Positions 25,201 through 34,084 of a stretch of 34,084 nt of DNA are shown here, in pieces. The notes below the pieces were generated by a model. The model saw only the letters and a program-made list of their open reading frames with translations, was not told the DNA's origin and did no database searches. The stretch is taken from assembly GCA_030141605.1 (NCBI GenBank), contig JAQGDQ010001576.1:1-34084 (forward strand), given 5' to 3'. The translations under genes were made by a program, and so were the position numbers. Origin of the DNA: Tubiluchus corallicola (Eukaryota; Animalia; Priapulida). Each line of letters begins with the position of its first letter. Position 1 is the stretch's first letter.

Positions 25201-26195
25201 CGATTGCGATTGCGATTGCGATACTCGACTCTCTCCACCTATCAGAGGCGGGCACCTTTATAGGGTGCAAAGTCTATTCTTCTATAACGCTGATCTTTTA
25301 GTTGTCTTTTCCAAGTTTAATGTCTTTATTTGTCTTTATCCTGCATTCCATACATTCGTTCACTAGATTTCTAATTTCTAGCAATCCTTCCTTTTCACTG
25401 TTCATTAATACATCTGAGTTCAAATTTTTATCATATCATAAACTTTAATCATATTCAGTCTTATTTTCAATATATCTTTAGCCTCTTCTGGCTTCTAGAT
25501 TCTGTGTCTATGTAATTTAGTCGTTTCCACTCGTTATGCCTTAAAAATCTTAATTTAGTGCTGCTCCTGCATTTTTCTGCACATTCATTCTTTATACAAC
25601 ATTCAATCTTGTTATTTATTTATTTCTTCCATTCAGACTTTTTCATGACCTTCACCATTTCCTTATTAGCATCTATGGTATATTTTTTTTTGCAGCCTCA
25701 ACTACTTCATTATACCATGACCTTCTATGTACACTGTTTATTTGCATTTCGAGTACCTCTGATGCTAATCTCTTTGGTTTACTAATCAGTAAATTCCGAT
25801 AGAACATCAACCTCCTATAATTTACTTTATGTTTCAGAGGCCATATGCCTATTTCAGTTACTAATCCCCAGTATGGCATTGATTCACTAAGACTAAATAA
25901 GGTTTTTAAAGCATTTGCTTGAGTCATTTCTAATTTCTCCCAATCAGTTCTTGTCAAATTTGACCATGTCTCAGAACTATTTTGCACTGCACTCACTGAA
26001 AGAAGCTCGTACAGCATTAGTTTCACCCCTATTGAGCAATCTCCCACTTTCAGCTCACCTCCTATTTTATTGATGTAACAAATTATCATTTTATTTTTCC
26101 CAGTTCGCTTTCCCACCATTGTTTCATAACTACATTTTGTATTAATCCAATCTCCCAAACATTCCTCTGCTTCCTTAACCTCTCTGTTCCTTAGT
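25201..26195 (-). mobile_element. 5'-truncated LINE (RT thumb / C-terminal region) with (AATCGC)n tail
   Basis: EVKEAEECLGDWIN...LYE....SETWSNLT...KLE.TQ...LK.LFSL...PYWGL..EIG.WP. Short hexamer tail at 25201-25222. Confidence 0.75.
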
Positions 26196-26559
26196 GACTC
26201 ACATAATTCGGGAATATATATTAGTTCTCATATATTGTGTTTTCTGTATTGTATACGATGTTTCCTGAGCTAAACTTTGTCAAATATCGCAAACTTTCGG
26301 TTAAAGTACAGTTTTTTAGCAATGAGTCAAATTTGAAGAAATAATGTTTACAATTGCTGCTAACAATAGTGCGCTAGATGTATTGGCAAGTATGTAAAAT
26401 TTCGTCCAACGACTGGAAATGATTAGAAGTAATTGTGTGAAATATTTTGTGCCTGTTCAGGACATAACTGTTGATAAAACAGTGATAGAGAATTGTCATA
26501 GACACGGGTGTAAACAATGCATTTGTGAAGCCAACTAGATTTGGACTGAACATACATGC

Positions 26560-26695
26560 CTACATCTGTTACAAGTACACAATGTGGTACTGATCGTTTT
26601 GACAAAAAAAAACACGAACAGATACCGAATTGGAAAAAGAGGAAAAAAGTAATGGTTTTCAATTTTTAGCTATCTGACTGATGTTTGTGTATATC
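26560..26695 (+). mobile_element. piggyBac transposase catalytic-region remnant
   Basis: GTDRFD(frameshift)NTNRYRIGKRGKK*WFSIFSYLTDVCV matches the PGBD motif GGVDR.DQN...YRI..RGKKWW..IF...D. Confidence 0.7.
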
Positions 26696-27820
26696 AGATG
26701 GCTTCAGGAAAAGGACTGAGCTCGGGTCACGTGTTCTCCGTGAGTTTAAACGAATAAACAGGAAACACTAAACAGACAGTTCGTAATTTACTAACATGTC
26801 AGGTTAATCACTTCTGCCAATTTCATCACCAAGCATTTGGGTTTATTATGGGGCAATTCTCCTATAGGACTCGATTATTCTGCTAAATATAATCATCGAG
26901 TTGTTAATCGTACAACGTTTAACAAACTTTGAATTTGAAAAATTAAACACACGGATGCTGTGCAAATCATACAATATATTATTATATACAATATATACAG
27001 GAGAAAATAATACCTACTGGGCCCAGATTTAACAAGTAACAAGGAGTCTACTCATGTTTATATGTAGTTCCTGATGGTCAGCTCTTCTAGGATGCACCCA
27101 GGACGGTTCACAGTCCCAAATCCACTGGAATAAGGCGGATTTTCCACCATGTAGCCAATACATAAGTCCTTACATGCCACAAGTAATCTGGAATCGTAAT
27201 CATATCCCCGCAGCTCCCCTACCGCCGAATAGCGTAACCAGGATGCTGCGGACACCACCACTATGTGAACACTCCACCAATGCTCTGAAAGTTTCAGAAT
27301 CCCTCACAGGGTGGGCTGTCCAAGAGCCCCTTTAATTGAAGAACCATGAAAAGGCAATTACCTCACTGCCGAGACATGCTGGTGCTACGTAAACATTGTC
27401 GATTCAACATTGTGCATTTAACAATTGTCTCTCACGGGACATCAGCTGAATTTTGCCATTAAGGCCAAAATAAAAATTATAGACAAAACGTGTCTCAAAC
27501 TTGTGACGAACAGAAGAAAGGTACCAACTATGTCGACCAGGTAAAATGGCCCGGATAAACATCCGGTCAACAGAAATGACCTTGTATATAATGCATAGTA
27601 TCCAATGGCTTCTAAACTGTTAAAAAATCTTGTAGTGATGAATGGGCCCTGTATATCGGCCAGTTAGCAAGCGGTCGTGGATCGCATGGCCGTGACAACC
27701 TAGTTCACGTGTTCTTTTTTGTGCGCTGTGTGAGGTTTGGATTTTCTTGTAGGATAAAAGGAATTCAGTTTGGGCGAGCACCTTATATATTTGTTAGGCT
27801 GCACACCTAATAATTTTACA

Positions 27821-28580
27821 TCTATACTCTTATATTAATATTCTTGGTATCTTAATTTATTTATATATAAGATTCGAGGCTACAGCCCGGACGAGGGCAC
27901 CATTTGCGGCGATCTATATATCAAACGAAAGGTCTCGATCTAGTGTCGTGCCATTGATGGTTTATTTTTCGAATTGGGCCCACCGCGAGGAAGGGGAGGC
28001 GAAAAACCTCCAAAAATGGCCATTTTTCGGCCGTTTTTGCAAAAGTTATACGGCTGAGATGTAGAGAACGGGAATGGGCCGAGAGGGGTGCTGGATATGG
28101 ATAGATAGCCCGTTCAGCGGTGGGTGTAGTAGGCATATTTAGAATTCGCGAGAGGGCCAGGGCGCCCCGCAACAGGCGTTTTCCCGGACCCAACTCGCTT
28201 TTTTTTCGAAATTTCGGCCAAACGGCCTGCGGAAAAAACGTTCTAGCGGCGCCTAGTGGGACTCTAGGAAGGAGATATGGGGCTCTTTACAAAGAGGAAG
28301 GACAGGGCTACACGATGATGTGGACTATATGTTAGGACAGGTCCACCGAGAGGAGTATCGACGAGTTAATTAGATGTTCCATTTTTCGCAATTTTCGCTT
28401 AGAAAACTACTGACGCAAAGGCATTGTTGCGACGTCATCCATTGTATTCTGTCTATAATCTTATAGCTTTAATTCAGTAAAAAGCTACAGGCTTTGTGTT
28501 AAAAATGAGGACTAGGTAGAATGTTCGCGTGTTATTGATTATACGTGGTTTTTTACGCAAAATCTTTTGCTATTTGCTAT
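27821..28580 (+). mobile_element. Non-autonomous Helitron-like element, copy 1 (degenerate 3' end)
   Basis: Starts A|TCTATA and is colinear with copies 2 and 3. Ends in the hairpin gcaaaa-tc-ttttgc then tatttgctat (CTAG mutated). Confidence 0.8.
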
Positions 28581-28699
28581 TTATTATATTATAGCACATA
28601 GTTTCAACTTTGTGAAAAATGTTTGGAATGGTTTTGTTGTAATGCTGTGCTGTTGGTGCTTGTGCTATATGTGTCGTCATCATTGCCACCATCATTATC

Positions 28700-29410
28700 A
28701 TCATCATCAACATCGTGATCACCACGTGAGGTGGTGGATTTGATGTGGTGTGGTGCTTTGTGTGTTGTGCTATGGATGGTGTGGTGGGGTGATAGGGTGT
28801 GTGGGGTGTGGTGTGGGTAGTGTGGTATGGAGTGGGTGGCGTGGTGTGTGGGTGGGTGTTGTGGTGCAGTGTGGTGTTATGGTGTGGTGCAGTGCAGTGT
28901 GATGTGATGTGGTGGAGTATTATGGTGTGGGTGATGTGGTGTGGTGTGGTGTGTGGGTGGTGCGATGTGGTGTGGTGCAGTGGTATGGTGTGGTGCAGTG
29001 ATATGTGATGTGGTGGAGTCGTATGGTGTGGGTGGTGTGGTGTGGTGTGTGGGTGGTGCGGTGTGCTGCAGTGGTATGGTGTGGTGCGGTGTGGTGTGGT
29101 GGAGTGGTATGGTGTGGGTGGTGTGGTGTGGTGCAGTGTGGTGTTATGGTGTGGTGCAGTGTGGTGTGCAGTGTGATGTGGTGGAGTATTATGGTGTGGG
29201 TGGTGTGGTGTGGTGTGTGAGTGGTGCAGTGGTATGGTGTGGTGTGATGTGGTGGAGTGGTATGGTGTGGGTGGTGTGGTGTGTACGTGGTATGGTGTGG
29301 TGCGGTGCGGTGTGGTGGTATTGTGTGGTGCGATGAGGTGGAGTGGTATGGTGTGGTGCAGTGTGGTGTGATGAGGTGGAGTTGTGTGGTGTGGGTTGTG
29401 TGTTGATTTG
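28700..29410. repeat. GT-rich (GTGGT)n-derived low-complexity satellite with higher-order repeats
   Basis: Pentamer variants gtggt / atggt / gcagt / gtgat. A longer block gtgatgtggtggagt...atggtgtgggtg recurs near 28905, 29005 and 29173. Confidence 0.9.
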
Positions 29411-29442
29411 TGCACAAAATTCTTTTTGTGGGGTTTGGCTAG

Positions 29443-30182
29443 TCTATATATTAATATTCTTGGTATGGGCTTAATATATATATAAGATTCGAGGATACAG
29501 CTTGGACGACGGCACCATTTATCAAACGAAAGGTCTCGAGCTAGTGTCGTGCCATTGAGGGTTTATTTTTCGAATCGGGCCCACCGGGACGAATGGGGGC
29601 CGAAAAACCTCCAAAAATGGCAATTTTTCAGCCGTTTTTTGCAAATCTTATACCTCTTATTTCTGAAGAACTGGAATGGGCCGGTGCTGGCTATGGATAG
29701 ATTGCCCAATCAGCGATGGGTGTCATAGGCATATTTAGAATTCGCGAGAGGGCCACAACGGGCGTTTTCCTGGACCCGACTCGCGACTTTTTTTCGAAAT
29801 TTTGACCAAACAGCATGCCGAAAAAGGTTCTGGCGGCGCCTGGTGGGACTCTTGAAGGGAGATATATGGCTCCTTAGAAAGAGGAAGAACAGTACTACAC
29901 AATGATATGGGCTATATTTTAGGACACGTCCACTGCAAGGAGTATCGACGAGTTAATTAGATGTTCTATTTTTGGCAATTTTTGCTTAGAAAACTGCTGA
30001 CGCAAAGCCATTGTTGTGACGTCATCCATTATACTCTGACTATAATCTTATAACTTTAATTCAGTAAAAGCTGCCGCTGCTGGCTTTGCATTAGATAAAC
30101 AGACAAACACTAGGTAGGATGTTCGCGTATTATTGATTCTACATGTATTTATACGCAAAATTTTTTGCGGGGCCTTTGCTAG
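29443..30182 (+). mobile_element. Non-autonomous Helitron-like element, copy 2 (740 bp, both termini)
   Basis: 5' TCTATATATTAAT. 3' hairpin cgcaaaa-tt-ttttgcg (30154-30169), 9 nt, then CTAG|T. No TIR or TSD. Confidence 0.88.
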
Positions 30183-30368
30183 TCAATGAATTTGTTTCAA
30201 ATTTCATTTGCTGTACAGGCATAAATTCAGTCCAAGATATCTTTTTCTTAAGTAAGTATTATAATTATTGTGCAGAAGCCATTTACACAGCACCGCTAAA
30301 CGTTCTCATTTTCACACAGTCTTTATCAAAGTCATTTCTTATTAAAATTACAATTGTCAATCACTTAC

Positions 30369-30495
30369 CAATGTAGACGGGCTCCCACACAGGAGGAATC
30401 CATTTACCAATAAAAAAGACATTTAGTCCTCTGGAAACGTTTATTTTTGTCCACAGATTCAAAAATGGGATGACATGGCATTCAGGGCATACCTT
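30369..30495 (-). CDS. B4GAT1: Internal 127-bp exon of the B4GAT1-like gene (missed by the ORF track)
   Basis: ttcttgcag|KVCPECHVIPFLNLWTKINVSRGLNVFFIGKWIPPVWEPVYI-G|gtaagt. It carries the GT49 C..CH and WEP.Y motifs, and its phase-1 donor joins the 22941 exon in frame (YIG-DNSQP). Confidence 0.85.
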
Positions 30496-30621
30496 CTGCA
30501 AGAAAGTGAATTTAAAAAGATGACCAGATACTTTATATGTAGCTAAAATTAATCAAAACATTTATATATCAAACAAATTTATTCTGCAAATTTATATAGA
30601 GATATTGCATTAATATAATTA

Positions 30622-31384
30622 CTAGCAAAGGCCCCGCAAAAAATGTTGCTTATAAATCCTCTTATAATCAAAAATATGCGAACATCCTGCCTAGTGTTCG
30701 TTTATTTACCTAAACGCAAAGCCAGTAGCAGGTTTTATTGAATTAAAGTTATAAGATTACAGACGGAGTATAAAGGATGACGTCAGAACAATGGCTGCAG
30801 TTTGCGTCAGCAGTTTTATAAGCGAAAATTGCCGAAAACAGAACATCTAACTAACTCGTCGTCACTCCTCTTGGTAGACCTGCGCTAAAATATAGCCCAC
30901 ATCATCGTGTAGCCCTGTTCTGGCTCTTTCTAATGAGCTATATATCTACTTCCGAGAGTCCCACCAGGCGCGCTAGAACGTTTTATCCAGATGCTGTGTG
31001 ACCAAAATTTCGAAAAAGTCGTGAGTTTTGTCCGGGAAAACGTCCGTTACGGGACACCGCGACCCTCTCGCAAATTATGCCTACTACACCCACCACTGAA
31101 CGGGCTATCTATCCATAGCCAGCACCACCCATGGCCCGTTCCCATTCTCCAGACCTCAGACGTATAACTTTTGCAAAAAACGACCGAAAAATGGCCATTT
31201 TTGGAGGTTTTTCGCCCCCCGTTCATCCCGGTGGGCCCGATTAAAAAAATAAACCCCCAATGGCATGACACAATATAGAGACCTTTCGTTTGATATATAG
31301 ATCCCCGCAAATGGTGCCCTGGTCGGAGCTGTAGCCTCGAATCTTATATATATATATAACATACTAAGAGAATTAATATACAGA
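30622..31384 (-). mobile_element. Non-autonomous Helitron-like element, copy 3 (763 bp)
   Basis: Minus strand reads TCTGTATATTAAT ... ttttgcggggcctttgCTAG|T. Reverse-complement homolog of copy 2. Confidence 0.88.
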
Positions 31385-31672
31385 CTAGCAAAGGCCCCGC
31401 AAAAAATTTTGCGTATAAATACACGTATAATCAAAAATACGCGAACATCCTACATAGTCCTCATTTACAACGCAAAGCCAGCAGCAGCAGTAGCTTTTAC
31501 TGAATTAAAACTATAAGGTTATAGACAGAGTATAATGGATGACGTCAGAACAATGGCTTTGCATCAGCAGTTTTCCAAGCAAAAATTGCCAAAAATAGAA
31601 CATCTAATTAACTGTAGCCTCGAATCTTATATATATGTATAAAGCCCATACCAAGAGAATTAATATATGCGA
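31385..31672 (-). mobile_element. Internally deleted mini-Helitron, copy 4 (about 290 bp), head-to-tail with copy 3
   Basis: About 60 bp of the 5' end is fused at ~31613 to about 230 bp of the 3' end. Its CTAG abuts the TC of copy 3. Confidence 0.82.
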
Positions 31673-33859
31673 TTAATATATTAACCAAATTAGTCTTTCG
31701 AATTCTAGAGGCATGTACAATTACCAGCATTGTATGCCAGTCCTTTTCTAATTCACAAAATGAAATACATGCCTTTTATTGCATGGCCTATCTGTTTTAT
31801 CGCAGCCCTAACATCTATAATTACGTAATTACTGTAGCTATAACTTTTTCGACAGTGTCTTTAAAAATGATAAGGTTCTACTTCGAGCACAGCAAACATT
31901 GCCTATATGTTAGTAAAGGAAAAAATAACCGCCTGCTATGACCCAAAAACAACCTTAATTACCATAATTATTATTTCCAAGATCAAAAAAATTGAAATAA
32001 TACCGTAATGTTAAATGAATAAATCAATAAGCAAATAGATAACAAAATATTAAAAAATTCTGTTGTTGTGATAGGCGTATGTTATAGCATGTTCTATGTG
32101 TTTCATATTTTTTTGTGAAATTAAATTCGTAAAATGTTAATACTTGTGTTTAGATCATATATGTATTGTGGAAGGTTTTTGAACATGCAGCCAGATGTCA
32201 AATGTACAGATTTCCACATTATATTGGAATCTATATTCGGAATAGAGTTTTTCGGAATCTATATAAAATGTAGTATTTCAAAAATCTTCAATGATGATGA
32301 TGTGAGGGTGCGTGGGCATCCCTTTCTAAGTTAGACTGTAATCGTAGATTTGGCTGAATTTATGAATTTATATTTAAACAATGTATTTAAGATAAGTTGT
32401 TACGGATAAAGATAAATTTAAGATAAAGTGGGATATTTTTACCTTTGGCAATAATAAATTTCAGTTTTGTCAGGATTGATTGCATTTGGGTTGCAATTAA
32501 TTTAAACAGATCGTGATTTTAGAAGTATACCTGCAAGTTAAAATATATAATTATATTTGTGGGTATTGAGTGGATTTAACAAACACGTTGGACCAGCATT
32601 GCGTTATCTTCTTGAGATTCCTTATCAAGGATATCCTGCAGTCCCAATATAAAGGATCATTCACTTTTGTATCATGTATCATCCAAAACGTCCAGTGCAG
32701 TTTGAGCATGAAGATATTGAGCCAGTATCAAAGTCTTGCATTGTAATTATCATTAGCGTGACGTTCTCAAGAAGTCAAAAATTTTCTACTTTGGTTTTCC
32801 CAGATGCTATATAAACAACTTACTTAAATAGCACTTGTCTGTAGAGTTAAACTACATTCATTTATATGTCTTTACATAGACCACTGTTGTGTTTTTATTT
32901 CGAAATCAATAATTATTTGTTGAAGAATTGAAATCAAAAGAGATAGGATGAGAGCTCACTCAGCTTTACCCATGGAATTAACGCTTACCAGGACGTCTCT
33001 ACACAACTTTAGATATGATATTATGAGAATTAATAACAAATGTATTTGGGAACTCTGATATGAAAGCTCTATCTGATTAAGAGAAGTTTAGAACTTCTGA
33101 GACAGGTGTGATTCTGTAAGCAGGCTATAGTCAATTTTAAGCTCATTATCAACCTCCGGGAGCAGTTGATGGAGAATGGTACCTGATAACTCGAGTAATC
33201 AGCGAGTGCTATACTGTCGGTCTTAATTGATGTTGGTGTTGTCAACGCTGTAACGCTTTGAAACGTTATGAAACGATATGAAACGCGTACCTGACAGTCA
33301 GCTGACCTAGGAGCGGCTTATTATGTTATATTATAGGGAGAGTCATTAAACTCTTTTATCTTTTTATTATTATGTTTTTGTGTATTATTTAAACAGAATT
33401 TTGACGTGGAAACTTGTATAGAAAATATTAAGAATAGTAAAGACAAAAAGGCTTTGACAAAATTTAGAACTAGTGCTAATTATTCGGGTTATTTTTAAAC
33501 GCAAATTAATAAAACCCTTTTGTTCCAGACAGTTTTTAAACGAATTTGGCTGTATAGGGAGGGAGCAGTATAACCAGGTTGACTATATGCACAAAGAACT
33601 TTGCAATAATTTGTTCCAGTTTCAAAGCAATCTAAATTTAATTTTCATTCCACTGTTCCTGCTGATTTATATTCTGCTATATATCTTTCCCATAACAACC
33701 CCGTTGAATTTAAATTACAGCTTAAAACAGGTCTGGTGAATCTTTGAAGAAGCATATTCTATTTATGCTTTGTGCATATTATTTCAGTATTGGTTCTACA
33801 TATAGTGACCTAATAGCCAGTTGTTGTTTGTTTTTTATGGATTGTTTCCGACGTTTTGC

Positions 33860-34072
33860 TTCTTTTTTTGTCAATTTTCGCTTAGAAAACTGCTGACGCA
33901 AAGCCATTGTTGTGACGTCATCTATTATACTCTGTCTATAAGCTTACAACTTTAATTCAGTAAAAGCTGCTGCTGCTGGCTTTGCGTTATAAATGAGGAC
34001 TAGGTAGGATGTTCGCGTATTTTTGATTATACGTGTATTTATACGCAAATTTTTTTGCGGAGCCTTTGCTAG
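33860..34072 (+). mobile_element. 5'-truncated Helitron-like 3' end, copy 5
   Basis: Matches the last ~215 bp of copy 2 and ends cgcaaatttttttgcggagcctttgCTAG|T. Confidence 0.85.
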
Positions 34073-34084
34073 TATTACTATTAA

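Noticed and set aside
28570-29417. His/Thr/Pro-rich and Val/Trp/Cys-rich ORFs
   Set aside because: These are stop-free translations of a GT-rich satellite, open in several frames on both strands.
32443-32531. AG...GT-bounded candidate upstream B4GAT1 exon on the minus strand
   Set aside because: Stop codons occur in all three frames.
32590-32740. Coding-looking stretch on the + strand (LEIPYQGYPAVPI*RIIHF...)
   Set aside because: It has an internal stop and only vague resemblance to transposon proteins; it cannot be assigned without a search.

Overview
AT-rich animal (probably invertebrate) genomic DNA, not prokaryotic. Three Golgi glycan-modifying genes sit within about 25 kb. The first is an intronless CHST11/HNK-1ST-family carbohydrate sulfotransferase (7960-9042, +), with an inverted copy running off the left edge and a truncated direct copy. 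The second is an intronless GT10 alpha-1,3-fucosyltransferase (18041-19149, -) with two single-base frameshifts. The third is the last two coding exons of a GT49 B4GAT1-like glucuronyltransferase (30369-30495 spliced to 22598-22941, -). The first 16.9 kb is a young complex rearrangement: an ~8.65-kb tandem duplication plus a 2-kb inverted arm joined through a 5-bp microhomology. The rest is decayed transposons: two Ty3/Gypsy remnants with LTR and PPT (one with Gmr1-type IN-before-RNaseH order), several LINE fragments, a piggyBac remnant, a 64-bp minisatellite, and five copies of a ~750-bp non-autonomous Helitron with head-to-tail CTAG|TC junctions. Two Helitron copies form an inverted pair tightly flanking the B4GAT1-like exon. 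All calls come from reading motifs by eye; no database searches were run.
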